From an uncultured Isosphaeraceae bacterium (lineage in GTDB: Bacteria > Planctomycetota > Phycisphaerae > Phycisphaerales > SM1A02), in the NCBI GenBank assembly GCA_964614695.1, contig CAZTMB010000001.1:1858-65857 (forward strand): 64,000 nucleotides of DNA, written 5' to 3'. Positions 7,828 through 18,110 of this stretch are shown here, in pieces. Below the pieces are notes generated by a model, which saw only the letters and a program-made list of their open reading frames with translations, made no database searches and was not told where the DNA came from. The stretch's first letter is position 1; each line of letters opens with the position of its first letter. A program made the position numbers and the translations under genes.

Positions 7828-10800
7828 ATGTCTTCGAAGCGGCGGGGTTCGCCGAACTCGGACGGCAAGGAGGTTGCTCGACGGATGGCTCGACGATCGC
7901 GCGCGGAGCAGGAGACCTCGAACGGGCCCTCGATGGCCGTGGACGCAGCGGCGGCGGAGGGATTCGTCCATCTCCACCTGCACACCGAGTACTCGCTGCT
8001 CGACGGCGGCAACCGGATCGCCCGGCTCGTCGATCGCGTGAAGGAACTCGGGATGACCGCCGTCGCCGTGACCGACCACGGCAACCTCTACGGGGCGGCG
8101 GAGTTCTATCTGAAGGCGCGGGAGGCGGGGATCAAGCCGATCCTCGGCATCGAGGCGTACGTCGCGCCCGATCGCGACGGCAAGCCTGGCGATCGCCGCG
8201 ACCGCACGCACACCGGCGTCGCCGACGGCGGCTTCCACCTCGTGCTGCTTGCGCAGAACGCGACCGGCTGGTCGAACCTCCTCAAGCTGTCCTCGGACGC
8301 CTACCTCAACGGCTTCTACTACAAGCCGCGCATGGACAAGTCGACCCTCGCCGAGTGGGGCGAGGGCCTGATCGCGATCAACGGCCACCTCGGCTCGTCG
8401 ATCGCCCATCACCTGACCCGCTTCGCCGACTCCGGCGACGACGCCCACTGGCAGGCCGCGATCACTGAAGCCCGCTGGCACGCGGAAAACTTCGGTCCCG
8501 ACGAGCAAGGCGAGCCACGCTTCTACGTCGAGCTGCAACGCCACGTGCCCGAGCAGGAGCGGATCAACCCGCTGCTGCGAAAGCTTGCCGCGGAGCTCTC
8601 GCTGCCGCTCGTCGTCGACAACGACGTGCACTTCCTGCGCCTCGAGGACCACGACGTCCACGACACCCTCTGCTGCATCTCGCTCGGCAAGACCAAGGAC
8701 TCCGCGGATCGTCTGCGATATCCGGAAGAGCTCCATCTCAAGAGCCCCGCGGAGATGGCGGCACTCTTTCCCGAGGATCTCGAGGCGGTCCGCAACACGG
8801 TGCGCATCGCCGACCGCTGCAACCTCGAACTCGACTTCTCCGCGAACCACGCCCCGATGGTGCGGGTGCTCCGTCACGGCGCGATGCCGAAGTTCGATGC
8901 GGCGGACGTCGAGGGCTGGTTCGCGAAGGCGTGCGCCACCGTCGAGGTGCAGCCGTTCCAGGCCGATTCGGCGAAGAGCGCCAAGGCGGCGGAGAAGGAG
9001 CTCGACGCGCTCCGCGCCGAGAGCGACCGCGCTCTGCGGGACCTCTGCGAGGCGGGACTGAAGTGGCGCTACGGGTCGGAGGGCGGCGGCGACGCGATTC
9101 GGGCGCGGCTCGAGCGGGAACTCGGGATCCTCTCCGCGAAGCTGATCACGCCGTACTTCCTGATCGTCTGGGACTTCGTCAACTGGGCCCGGCAGCAGGG
9201 GATTCCCGCGGTCGCGAGAGGCTCGGGCGTCGGCACGATGGTCGGCTACGTGCTCGGGCTTTCGAACGCCTGTCCGGAGCGGTACGGACTGCTCTTCGAG
9301 CGGTTCACCGACCCGGACCGCAGCGAGTACCCCGACATCGACATCGACATCTGCCAGAACGGCCGCGCCGCGGTCATCGATCACGTGCGCCGCAAGTACG
9401 GGCACGTCGCGCAGATCGTCACCTTCGGAAGGCTCAAGGCGAAGGCCGCGATCAAGGACGTGGCGCGGGTCATGGGGCTCGCGCCCGCGGACGGCCAGCG
9501 GCTTGCGAACCTCGTGCCGCCCGAGCTCCACATCACCGTCGAGGAGGCGCTCGAGAAGTCGCCCGATCTGCGCGAGGCGGCCGAGGACCCGGTCGTCCGG
9601 CGCATCGTCGACACCGCGCAGGCCCTCGAGGACCACGCCCGTCACGCGGGCATCCACGCCGCGGGCGTGGTGATCGCGACGCAGCCGCTCGACAACATCG
9701 TGCCGCTGTGCCGCGCGTCGGGCGGAGACTCCGAGGCGGTGGTCACGCAGTGGGACGGACCGACCTGCGAGAAGGTCGGCCTGCTCAAGATGGACTTCCT
9801 CGGGCTGCGCACGCTCTCGACGATCGAGATGGCGAAGCGCCTCGTGCGAGAAGGGCTTCCCGACGAGGCGATCTGGCGGGCGGTCGGCAAGCAGCCGCCG
9901 GCGGCGAAGGGCAAGGGCGTTCGCGAGCCGCATCCGCTCGAGCTCGACCGCATCGACTTCACCGATCAGAAGGTGCTCGAACTGTTCCGGCGCGGCGACA
10001 CCGCCGGCATCTTCCAGTTCGAATCCGGCGGAATGCGCCGGCTGCTGCTCGAGATGCAGCCCGACCGCATCGAGGATCTCATCGCCGCCAACGCGCTGTA
10101 CCGCCCGGGGCCCATGGATCTGATCCCGGACTACAACGCCCGCAAGCACGGCAAGCAGTCGGTGCCGAAGGTCCATCCGATCGTCGACGAGCTCGTCGCG
10201 GAGACCTACGGCATCATGGTCTACCAGGAGCAGGTGATGCAGGTGCTGCATCGCCTCGGCGGGATCCCGCTGCGCGGCGCGTACTCGATCATCAAGGCGA
10301 TCAGCAAGAAGAAGGCGTCGGTCATCGATTCGGCCCGCGCCGACTTCACGCGAGGCGCCGCCGAGCGAGGCGTCGAGGAGAAGGCCTCGAACGAACTCTT
10401 CGACCTGATCCTCGCCTTCGCCGGATACGGCTTCAACAAGAGCCACTCCTCCGGCTACGCGATCGTCGCCTACCAGACCGCGTACCTGAAGACCTACTTC
10501 CCTGCGCAGTACCTCGCGGCGGTGCTCTCCTTCGAGAGCCAGGCGAAGAAGGTCGAGGAGTGGTCGGTCTACCTCGACGAGTGCCGCCGCGTGCCATGGC
10601 CCGACCACGATCCCGCGAAGCCGCACGTGGGCGTCGAGGTGAGGCCGCCCGAGGTGAATCTCTCCGAGTCGGACTTCGCGGTCGTCTTCGCCGCCGACGA
10701 GGCGCGGACGAACACCAGCGGGCACATCCGCTTCGGCCTGAGCGCAGTGAAGAACCTGCCGCAGGGCGCGATCCGAGAGATCCTCGCCGAGCGCGAGGCC

Positions 10801-11817
10801 CGCGGCGCGTTCACCTCGCTCTTCGACTTCTGCGAGCGGATCGATCCGGCGAAGGTGACGCCGAAGACCGTCGAACTGCTCGTCAAGGCGGGATGCTTCG
10901 ACGCGCTGCACTCGATCGCCGATCGGGCCGCGATGGTGGCGACGATCCCCGACTGCATGGCGGCATCGCGACGCGCCGCGGAGGCCCGCCGCAGCGGGCA
11001 GGACAGCCTCTTCGGCGGCGGGGGTGGCGAGGCGGCGATCGAACTGCCGGAGGTTCCGCTTCGCAAGGCGGATCCGTGGAGCCGGGCCGAGAGCCTCGCC
11101 TTCGAGAAGGAGGCGCTCGGCTTCCACGTCTCCGGGCATCCGCTCGACGAATGGCGATCGTGGCTCGTCGAGTTCTGCAACGCGCGGGCGTGCGACGTCG
11201 CGGAGATGCCCGAAGGTGCCGCGGTGCTCCTCGGCGGCACGGTGGCGCAATGTCGCGTGCTGCCGACCAAGCGCGGCGAGCGCATGGCCCGCGTGCGGCT
11301 CGAGGACCAGTCCGGCGTCGTCGACGTGATCGCGTTCCCGGAAGTCTTCAGCCGCCACGCGGAACTTCTTTCGGGCGACCGCATCGTGATCGTGGTCGGC
11401 TTCATCGATCGCTCGCGAGGCGAGGTGCAGGTGCTCGCCGATCGCGTGCTGCCGATCGAGGAGGCGCCGATCCATCTCGCGACGCGTCTCGACCTGCTGC
11501 TCGATGCGACCTCGGACGACGGCCCGAGCCCCGATGCGACGTTGCGCATGCTGCACGGCATGCTCAAGCAGGCGTCCTCGAGCGTCGCGGCGCTGCGGGG
11601 GCGACCGGTCGAGATCGGCCTGTCGATCGGCCTCGGTCGCGACGCGGTGGCGCTCGCGCCTCGCGGCATGCGGGTCGTCGCGGAGCCTGGTCTGCTTCTG
11701 AGGCTCGAGGAGATGCTCGGCGCCGGACACGTGCGGGTGCGTGGCGGCTTCCGCCCGCAGCGGACGCGGCCGCGGCGCGGCGCGCCGGTGCGAAGCGAGG
11801 AGCCGGCGTACGCGTGA
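7828..11817 (+). CDS. dnaE: DNA polymerase III alpha subunit
   Basis: PHP domain 'FVHLHLHTEYSLLDG', plus 'RGSGVGTMVGYVLGLS', 'FQFESGGMRRLL', 'ALYRPGPMD' and 'GYGFNKSHSSGYA'. The true start may be the ATG at 7933 (MAVDAAAAEGFVHLH). Confidence 0.95.
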   Translation: MSSKRRGSPNSDGKEVARRMARRSRAEQETSNGPSMAVDAAAAEGFVHLHLHTEYSLLDGGNRIARLVDRVKELGMTAVAVTDHGNLYGAAEFYLKAREAGIKPILGIEAYVAPDRDGKPGDRRDRTHTGVADGGFHLVLLAQNATGWSNLLKLSSDAYLNGFYYKPRMDKSTLAEWGEGLIAINGHLGSSIAHHLTRFADSGDDAHWQAAITEARWHAENFGPDEQGEPRFYVELQRHVPEQERINPLLRKLAAELSLPLVVDNDVHFLRLEDHDVHDTLCCISLGKTKDSADRLRYPEELHLKSPAEMAALFPEDLEAVRNTVRIADRCNLELDFSANHAPMVRVLRHGAMPKFDAADVEGWFAKACATVEVQPFQADSAKSAKAAEKELDALRAESDRALRDLCEAGLKWRYGSEGGGDAIRARLERELGILSAKLITPYFLIVWDFVNWARQQGIPAVARGSGVGTMVGYVLGLSNACPERYGLLFERFTDPDRSEYPDIDIDICQNGRAAVIDHVRRKYGHVAQIVTFGRLKAKAAIKDVARVMGLAPADGQRLANLVPPELHITVEEALEKSPDLREAAEDPVVRRIVDTAQALEDHARHAGIHAAGVVIATQPLDNIVPLCRASGGDSEAVVTQWDGPTCEKVGLLKMDFLGLRTLSTIEMAKRLVREGLPDEAIWRAVGKQPPAAKGKGVREPHPLELDRIDFTDQKVLELFRRGDTAGIFQFESGGMRRLLLEMQPDRIEDLIAANALYRPGPMDLIPDYNARKHGKQSVPKVHPIVDELVAETYGIMVYQEQVMQVLHRLGGIPLRGAYSIIKAISKKKASVIDSARADFTRGAAERGVEEKASNELFDLILAFAGYGFNKSHSSGYAIVAYQTAYLKTYFPAQYLAAVLSFESQAKKVEEWSVYLDECRRVPWPDHDPAKPHVGVEVRPPEVNLSESDFAVVFAADEARTNTSGHIRFGLSAVKNLPQGAIREILAEREARGAFTSLFDFCERIDPAKVTPKTVELLVKAGCFDALHSIADRAAMVATIPDCMAASRRAAEARRSGQDSLFGGGGGEAAIELPEVPLRKADPWSRAESLAFEKEALGFHVSGHPLDEWRSWLVEFCNARACDVAEMPEGAAVLLGGTVAQCRVLPTKRGERMARVRLEDQSGVVDVIAFPEVFSRHAELLSGDRIVIVVGFIDRSRGEVQVLADRVLPIEEAPIHLATRLDLLLDATSDDGPSPDATLRMLHGMLKQASSSVAALRGRPVEIGLSIGLGRDAVALAPRGMRVVAEPGLLLRLEEMLGAGHVRVRGGFRPQRTRPRRGAPVRSEEPAYA

Positions 11818-11964
11818 GGCTCGACGGGCCCATGTGGCGAGGAGGGGGTCCACTCGGCGCCGCGCCGGTCGCGCGACGAGCAGGAATGACCGACGGAGAA
11901 TGAGGTCGGATTCGGCTGCGGCGTTCGACCGCGGACGCCGTCGCCCCTACAGTGGGGGTCCTTG

Positions 11965-12969
11965 ATGTGGCGTTCGTTCGGCGACGGATCGCCGACCGTT
12001 CGGACCGCAGCTCGGTCCCGCGAACGCATCACCCCACTCTCCATGCAAGACACCTTGATCGCTCCCGCCGTCGCGTCGGCGGACGCCGCCGCCGCTTCCG
12101 AATCCGCCGATCCCAAGTGGACCTTCGTGCGAGGTGGCGTGCAATGGCCGACGGCCATCGGCATCCTCGTCCTTCACCTCGGTGCCCTGGCCGCCTTGAT
12201 CCCCGGGACCTTCTCGTGGGGCGCCGCGGCCACGCTGCCCCTCCTCTGGTGGATCACCGGCGGACTGGGCATCTGCCTCGGATACCACCGGCTGCTCACG
12301 CACCGCAGCTTCAAGACCTCGAAGTTCCTCGAGCATGTCTTCGCGACGCTCGGGGCGCTCTGCTGGCAGGGCGGGCCCCTGCACTGGGTCGGCACGCACC
12401 GACTGCATCACGCCGAATCGGACGGCGACCTCGATCCGCATTCGCCGCAGCACGGCTTCACGTGGTCCCACATCCTGTGGTGCTTCCATCGACGCCCGGA
12501 CGGCCGCGATCCGTTCGCGGTCACCAAGGATCTCGCCCGCGATCCCTACCTCGTCTGGCTCGATCGCTGGTTCCTGCTGCCGCAGGTCGCGTTGGCGGGC
12601 GTGCTCTATGGGATCGGCTTCTGGGCGACCGGCACCGCGATGGGAGCGCTCGGCTACGTGATCTGGGGCGTCTGCGTCCGCACCATCTTCTGCTACCACG
12701 CGACGTGGTTCGTCAACTCCGCGGCGCACACCTGGGGCTATCGCAACTTCCGCACGACCGATGGAAGCCGCAACACCTGGTGGGTGGCACTGCTCTCCTT
12801 CGGCGAAGGGTGGCACAACAATCACCACGCGCAGCAGCGGTCCGCCGCGCACGGCATGCGCTGGTGGGAACTTGATCCGACGTGGTGGACGATCCGCGTG
12901 CTCGAGCGCGTCGGATTGGTGCACTCGGTGGTGCGGCCGAAGCTCGATCGCCTCGATCCCCATCGCTGA
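11965..12969 (+). CDS. acyl-CoA/acyl-lipid delta-9-type fatty acid desaturase
   Basis: Three histidine boxes 'HRLLTH', 'HRLHH' and 'HNNHH' with the membrane-desaturase spacing. Start uncertain (TTG 11962, ATG 11965 or ATG 12043). Confidence 0.85.
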   Translation: MWRSFGDGSPTVRTAARSRERITPLSMQDTLIAPAVASADAAAASESADPKWTFVRGGVQWPTAIGILVLHLGALAALIPGTFSWGAAATLPLLWWITGGLGICLGYHRLLTHRSFKTSKFLEHVFATLGALCWQGGPLHWVGTHRLHHAESDGDLDPHSPQHGFTWSHILWCFHRRPDGRDPFAVTKDLARDPYLVWLDRWFLLPQVALAGVLYGIGFWATGTAMGALGYVIWGVCVRTIFCYHATWFVNSAAHTWGYRNFRTTDGSRNTWWVALLSFGEGWHNNHHAQQRSAAHGMRWWELDPTWWTIRVLERVGLVHSVVRPKLDRLDPHR

Positions 12970-12982
12970 CCCGACGGCGACG

Positions 12983-13591
12983 CTACGGACAGAGGCGTTG
13001 CACCGCGAAACCGCCGCCCTCGCGGGCGGTGTAGACCACTCGGTCGTGCAGGCGGTAGGGGTTGCCGAACCAGAACTCGATGCGATCGAGCGAGACGCGG
13101 TAGCCGCCCCAGTGCGGCGGTCGCGGCACGGGTCCGTCGCCGAAGCGATCGAGCATCGACTGCTGCATCGCCTCGAGCGCCGCACGATCGGCGACCGGCC
13201 GCGACTGGCTGCTCGCCCACGCGTTCACCTGGCTCTCGCGGGGCCGCTTGGCGAAGTAGGCGTCGGACTCCTCCTCGCTCGCATGCGAGACCCGTCCCTC
13301 GATGCGGATCTGCCGATCGAGCGGATCCCAGTGGAAGAGAAGCGCCGCCCGCGGATGCGCCTCGAGCCCGACGCCCTTGCGGCTCTCGCGGTTCGTGAAG
13401 AACACCGCGCCTCGCTCGTCGAAGCCCCGGAGCAGCACGATTCGGGCCGACGGGTGGCCGTCTGGATCGATCGTCGCGAGGGTCATGGCGTTGGGGTTGG
13501 GCAGGCCGGTCGATTCGGCGTCCTTGAACCACGCTCGGGCCGCGGCGATCGGATCGGTCGGGGGATGGTCGAAGTCGAAGTCGGGGTGCAT
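12983..13591 (-). CDS. pdxH: pyridoxamine 5'-phosphate oxidase
   Basis: 'RIVLLRGFDERGAVFFTNRESRKG', 'EEESDAYFAKRPRESQ' and 'RIEFWFGNPYRLHDRVVY'. Start set at the internal ATG (MHPDFDF), because the longer track ORF runs into a repeat element. Confidence 0.9.
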   Translation of the reverse strand: MHPDFDFDHPPTDPIAAARAWFKDAESTGLPNPNAMTLATIDPDGHPSARIVLLRGFDERGAVFFTNRESRKGVGLEAHPRAALLFHWDPLDRQIRIEGRVSHASEEESDAYFAKRPRESQVNAWASSQSRPVADRAALEAMQQSMLDRFGDGPVPRPPHWGGYRVSLDRIEFWFGNPYRLHDRVVYTAREGGGFAVQRLCP

Positions 13592-13682
13592 GCGGGGGCC
13601 TTCGTGGGAGGGCAAGAGTATGAGGGAAGCCCCCGGGGGCTGGTCGGGCTCGGGAGTCGGTGGATCGCGGGCGCCAAACGTT

Positions 13683-13799
13683 GCAGCGCTTCCCGGGTCC
13701 ATCACCACCATCGAGTCCATCACGTCCATGTCACGACCCGCCGAGCGAGGCGAGCGTCGGCCGCGTGATGTGGACCGCGGACGCCTCGCCCGCCGAGCG
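13683..13799. repeat. intergenic ~85-nt repeat element (A) followed by a degenerate GACCGCGG motif
   Basis: Same block order as 21065..21148. It is followed by TGGACCGCGGACGCCTCGCCCGCCGAGCG, which resembles the 18.1-kb palindrome family. Confidence 0.7.
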
Positions 13800-13912
13800 T
13801 CGTTCGAGTCGGGCCGCCTCGGATGAGATGCAGGCCGGCGTGTCGAGTCCCTGGCGGTCGGACGGCCGCACGGCTCGTCGGGAGGCGAACCGCGGTGGCC
13901 GCCAGCATCAAC

Positions 13913-14731
13913 TCACGATTCGCCGTCGATCCACTCGCCCATGTCGAACCGTTCGAGTTCGCGCGGATCGATCTCGTCGAGCGATCGCACGTCCTCGAGG
14001 GCTCGCTTCGGTCGCTTCGATTCAGGCGGACCGATCGGGCGGTCCGGAACACCCGGGCCGGCGGTCGTTCGCTCTTCGCTCGTGCCACCCGCCGATTCGC
14101 TCGGGGCTCGATCCGGCTCGCTCGCGGGGCGGGAGGAAGACTCGGCCAATGGTCGTGCCGCCGCGGGCTCGCGTTCCGCCCGGCCTGAAGACGGCCGAGG
14201 TCCGGCGGAATCGCGGGGCTCGCCCGTGCCCGGCTCCTCCGCCTCGGGCGGCAGGACCAGATCGGCGTCGGTGACTCCAAAGGCCGCGATCCACCGCTCG
14301 GTCGTGGGGTTCGGTGTGAAGTCCGAGGCCGGCGACGGCGAGGGCTTGCCGGGACGCGCCGCCAGCCCGTCCCGCCCGAGCTGAGCCAGAAATGCCTCGG
14401 AAGAGAGCGTCTTCGAACGGCGACGGGTCGCCTCCCGGCGGATCTCCCGGTCGGACGTGACCACGAGGATCGACCGAGGGGTCGAACTCCGCCGGACCAG
14501 ATCGATGATCACCTCGTCCGCGGTCCGGCCCGGCCCGGAATGGACGATCCGAACTCCTCCGCAACCGCCCCGGTCGCCGCGAGGCCCGTCCATCACGATC
14601 AGGACCTCGTCGAGGCGGTACCGGCTCTCTGCGACCAAGGCGGCCAGCTCCGCCGCCTCGAGGCCCGCGATCTCGGGAGGCAGGACCCCCTCGACATGGA
14701 GCACGTTGCAGCCGTCGATGAGGATCAGCAT
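13913..14731 (-). CDS. NYN/YacP-like ribonuclease-domain protein with a long disordered C-terminal tail
   Basis: 'MLILIDGCNVLH', 'VLIVMDG' and 'LVVTSDREIRREA' match the YacP/Rae1-type NYN layout. The C-terminal ~150 aa are Pro/Ser/Glu/Arg-rich. Confidence 0.7.
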   Translation of the reverse strand: MLILIDGCNVLHVEGVLPPEIAGLEAAELAALVAESRYRLDEVLIVMDGPRGDRGGCGGVRIVHSGPGRTADEVIIDLVRRSSTPRSILVVTSDREIRREATRRRSKTLSSEAFLAQLGRDGLAARPGKPSPSPASDFTPNPTTERWIAAFGVTDADLVLPPEAEEPGTGEPRDSAGPRPSSGRAEREPAAARPLAESSSRPASEPDRAPSESAGGTSEERTTAGPGVPDRPIGPPESKRPKRALEDVRSLDEIDPRELERFDMGEWIDGES

Positions 14732-14818
14732 GGGCGGGGGAGGATGGCTCGGAGGCGGTCGGGGAGGGGGCGATCGTCGGGTCGGCGTCGCGAGAAGCGG
14801 ATGGATTGGATCAGCATC

Positions 14819-14847
14819 TTGCCAAGACGCCCCGCTCTCGTTGTAAT
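14819..14847 (+). promoter_or_regulatory. sigma70-like promoter candidate upstream of rpsU
   Basis: TTGCCA (14819-14824), 17-nt spacer, TGTAAT (14842-14847), about 70 nt upstream of the rpsU ATG in a locally less GC-rich stretch. Confidence 0.35.
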
Positions 14848-14916
14848 GCCCGATTCCCCGGTTCCCGGCCGCGGGATGTTGAAGACGTCGATTTCGCGAA
14901 CCCTCAGGGCAGTTTC

Positions 14917-15123
14917 ATGGCGATTCGGATCAAGGCGCGTGGTGGCGAGACCGCGGAGCAGATGCTTCGCCGCTTCAAGAAGTTGTGCGAGAAGGAAGGT
15001 CTCACCAAGGACATCAAGAAGCGGCAGTACTACGAGAAGCCGTCGGAGCGTCGTCGCCGTGACCTTCGCCGACGCGTTGTCCGCGTCGCCCGCGAGGGGA
15101 TGCCGCCGATGGCCCCTCGCTGA
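14917..15123 (+). CDS. rpsU: 30S ribosomal protein S21
   Basis: 'MAIRIKARGGETAEQMLRRFKKLCEKEGLTKDIKKRQYYEKPSERRRR' is a classic S21 sequence. Internal ATG of track ORF 14806..15123. Confidence 0.95.
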   Translation: MAIRIKARGGETAEQMLRRFKKLCEKEGLTKDIKKRQYYEKPSERRRRDLRRRVVRVAREGMPPMAPR

Positions 15124-15294
15124 GAATCCGGTACTCCGTCGCTTCGAACGGACGGCGATCCCTTCTCCCGCGGGGAGTCGGTTGGAGCGTCCGCTGCGGG
15201 ATTCGAGGCGATTCGGTCGATCCTTCCCGCCTTCCTCCATCGGTTCTCGCCGTGATCCCGGACGGTCTGGGCACGGCATCCCTGCTTCACGAGC

Positions 15295-17661
15295 ATGAGC
15301 CCCATGCCCAACTTGACGACTCTCGCTCTCCAGGCCGCCGAGGCGGCGGCTCCCACGATCGTGATCCCGACCGCCTGGTACCTCGCCCCGATCGGCGGCG
15401 TGGTGGCGCTGGTGATGGCCTTCGTCTTCTACCGCTCGGTCGTCTCCCACAGCGAGGGTGACGACAACATGGTCCGCGTGGCTGCGGCGGTGCGGGCCGG
15501 CGCGTACGCCTACCTCCGTCAGCAGTGGAAGGTCGTCTCGATCGTCTTCGTGCTGCTGGTGATCGCCCTGATCGTGATGGGCTTCGCAGGGCTGCAGGAG
15601 AAGGTCGCGGCGATCGGCGTGCCGATCGCGGGCCTGCTCTCGGGGATCTGCGGCTTCTTCGGCATGAAGACCGCCACCAACGCCTCTGCCCGCACGGCGG
15701 CGGCGGCGAAGAACTCGCTCAACGACGGTCTCAAGGTCGCCTTCCGAGCCGGCGGCGTCATGGGTCTGTGCGTGACCGGCTTCGCCCTGCTCGACGTCTC
15801 GATCTGGTTCTACCTGCTGACGCAGGTCTTCGGCTTCACGAATCTCGTCGCGGTCACGACGGCCACCCTCAGCTTCGCGATGGGCGCGAGTCTCCAAGCG
15901 CTCTTCAGCCGGGTGGGCGGCGGCATCTACACCAAGGCCGCCGACGTCGGTGCCGACCTCGTCGGCAAGGTCGAGGCGGGCATCCCCGAGGACGACGCCC
16001 GCAACCCCGCCACCATCGCCGACAACGTGGGCGACAACGTCGGCGACGTGGCCGGCATGGGCGCGGACCTCTACGAGAGCTACTACGGCTCGATCCTCGC
16101 GGCGATGGCCCTCGCGGCCGCCGCGGCGTTCCGCCTTTCCGGGGTCGGCGGCGAGTTCGAGGGCTTCGGCGCCGAGCACGCCATCAACCTCGTGGCGCTG
16201 CCTGCGGCGTTGGCGGGCCTCGGCATCATCACTTCGATCATCGCGATCTTCCTCGTCCGCACCCGCGAGGGCGCGACGATGGGCGAACTGCTCAAGAGCC
16301 TGCACCTGGGCGTGTGGGCCTCGAGCGGCATGATCGTGATCGGCTCCTTCTTCCTCTTCCGGTACCTCCTCGGCGATGTGCCGGGCATCAGCTACCTGGG
16401 CATGTGGGCGGCGATCATCGCAGGCCTCGTCGCGGGCCTCGTGATCGCGTGGGGCACCGAGCGCTACACGTCCTACGAGCACGCCCCGACCCGACGCATC
16501 AGCGAGCAGGCCCAGACCGGCCCCGCGACCGTGATCATCTCGGGCATCGCCGAGGGCATGGTGAGCACGTGGATTCCGATGCTCACCACCGTCGTCGCGA
16601 TCCTCGTGGCGTTCATCTCCGCCGGCGGCAACGAGGTGTTCCTGCTCGGCGTCTTCGGCGTCGCGATCGCCGCGGTCGGCATGCTCTCGACGCTCGCGAT
16701 CACCCTCGCCACCGACGCCTACGGCCCGATCGCCGACAACGCCGGCGGCAACGCCGAGATGACCCACCAGCCCAAGTTCGTCCGCGAGCGGACCGACATG
16801 CTCGATTCGCTCGGCAACACCACCGCGGCGACCGGCAAGGGCTTCGCCATCGGTTCCGCGGCGCTCACGGCGCTCGCCCTTCTCGCGGCCTACGTGATCA
16901 CGGTGCAGGCCTACTACGCCGAGATCAAGCCCGAGATCACCGTCGGCGGCGAGACGGTCGAGACGGTGAAGGCCTCGCTCCCGCAGCTGCTCAACGAGTT
17001 CAACGTCACGCTCCTCAACCCGCAGGTCCTGTGCGGCCTGTTCGTGGGCGTCATGCTCGTCTTCGTCTTCTGTGCGATGACCATGAACGCCGTGGGCCGC
17101 GCCGCCTACGCGATGATGATGGAGTGCCGCCGCCAGTTCGGCATCATGAAGAGCGGCTTCAAGCGGAACGGCATGAGCGATGCCGACATCGCCGACCCGA
17201 ACAAGTGGCCCTTCGAGGTGACCGTCGACGGCAAGCAGTACCCCGACTACGCCAACTGCGTGGCGATCTCGACGACCGGCGCGCTCCGCGAGATGGTCGT
17301 CCCCTCGATCATGGCGGTGCTCGTGCCGATCGTGGTCGGTCTGCTGCTCGGTGTCGCGGGCGTGGTCGGCATGCTCGCGGGCGCCCTCGTCTCGGGCTTC
17401 GCGGTGGCGATCTTCATGGCCAACGCCGGCGGCGCGTGGGACAACGCCAAGAAGTGGATCGAGACCGGGCAGTTCGGCGGCAAGGGGTCCGACGCCCACA
17501 AGGCCGCGGTCGTCGGCGACACCGTGGGCGATCCCTTCAAGGACACCTCCGGCCCCTCGCTCAACATCCTGATCAAGCTCGTGAGCGTGGTGTCGGTCGT
17601 CTTCGCGGGTCTCGTCGTCAAGTACCACCCGTTCTTCGCCGCGTGGCTGAAGCTCTCGTGA
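15295..17661 (+). CDS. hppA: membrane-bound proton/sodium-translocating pyrophosphatase
   Basis: 'GGGIYTKAADVGADLVGKVE', 'DNVGDNVGDVAGMGADLYESY', 'DAYGPIADNAGG', 'GNTTAATGKGFAIGSAAL', 'NAGGAWDNAKKWIE' and 'GDTVGDPFKDTSGPSLNILIKL'. Confidence 0.97.
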   Translation: MSPMPNLTTLALQAAEAAAPTIVIPTAWYLAPIGGVVALVMAFVFYRSVVSHSEGDDNMVRVAAAVRAGAYAYLRQQWKVVSIVFVLLVIALIVMGFAGLQEKVAAIGVPIAGLLSGICGFFGMKTATNASARTAAAAKNSLNDGLKVAFRAGGVMGLCVTGFALLDVSIWFYLLTQVFGFTNLVAVTTATLSFAMGASLQALFSRVGGGIYTKAADVGADLVGKVEAGIPEDDARNPATIADNVGDNVGDVAGMGADLYESYYGSILAAMALAAAAAFRLSGVGGEFEGFGAEHAINLVALPAALAGLGIITSIIAIFLVRTREGATMGELLKSLHLGVWASSGMIVIGSFFLFRYLLGDVPGISYLGMWAAIIAGLVAGLVIAWGTERYTSYEHAPTRRISEQAQTGPATVIISGIAEGMVSTWIPMLTTVVAILVAFISAGGNEVFLLGVFGVAIAAVGMLSTLAITLATDAYGPIADNAGGNAEMTHQPKFVRERTDMLDSLGNTTAATGKGFAIGSAALTALALLAAYVITVQAYYAEIKPEITVGGETVETVKASLPQLLNEFNVTLLNPQVLCGLFVGVMLVFVFCAMTMNAVGRAAYAMMMECRRQFGIMKSGFKRNGMSDADIADPNKWPFEVTVDGKQYPDYANCVAISTTGALREMVVPSIMAVLVPIVVGLLLGVAGVVGMLAGALVSGFAVAIFMANAGGAWDNAKKWIETGQFGGKGSDAHKAAVVGDTVGDPFKDTSGPSLNILIKLVSVVSVVFAGLVVKYHPFFAAWLKLS

Positions 17662-17674
17662 TCGAAGGCCTCCG

Positions 17675-18067
17675 ATGAGCCGGTCGACCAGTTCGACCGA
17701 TCCCGAGAAGGTTCTCGCCTTCGCGATCGAGGCGGCGCGGCTGCTGCACGACCGCAAGCTCGAGGACGTGCTCGTCCTCGACGTGCGGGGCTTGAGCAAC
17801 GTCTGCGAGTACGTGGTGCTCGCTTCGGGCACGAGCGGTCGTCAGATGAAGTCGGTTGCGACCGAGGTCGAGAAGCTCGGCAAGGAGATGGGCTTCCCGC
17901 CCTTCCGCGAGAGCCGCGATCCCTCGATCAGCTGGGTGGTCGCGGACTTCGTGGACGTGGTGGTCCACCTGTTCGAGCCGCAGCAGCGGGGCTACTACGA
18001 CATCGAGACGCTCTGGCAGGGAGCGCCGCGGGTCGCGTGGCGGCGGACCGAGGGCGGCGCGTCGTAG
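17675..18067 (+). CDS. rsfS: ribosome silencing factor RsfS (iojap family)
   Basis: 'LEDVLVLDVRGLSNVCEYVVLASGTSGRQMKSVA' and 'WVVADFVDVVVHLFEPQQRGYYDIETLW'. Confidence 0.9.
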   Translation: MSRSTSSTDPEKVLAFAIEAARLLHDRKLEDVLVLDVRGLSNVCEYVVLASGTSGRQMKSVATEVEKLGKEMGFPPFRESRDPSISWVVADFVDVVVHLFEPQQRGYYDIETLWQGAPRVAWRRTEGGAS

Positions 18068-18110
18068 GACTTCAAGCCGGGGGACTGCGGGCGACCTGAA
18101 GCGGGCCGGG

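Noticed and set aside
7519-11853. 1444-aa minus-strand ORF and the 990-aa alternative plus-frame ORF (8931..11903) over dnaE
   Set aside because: Both overlap an unmistakable DnaE frame. Their sequences are low-complexity Arg/Asp/Leu/Gly or Arg/Pro/Gly strings. They are stop-codon-poor frames of GC-rich DNA.
14725-17832. 1035-aa antisense ORF and the 717-aa alternative-frame ORF (15525..17678) over hppA
   Set aside because: The pyrophosphatase frame carries all canonical motifs. The alternatives are Arg/Asp/His/Gly-rich with no membrane-protein character.
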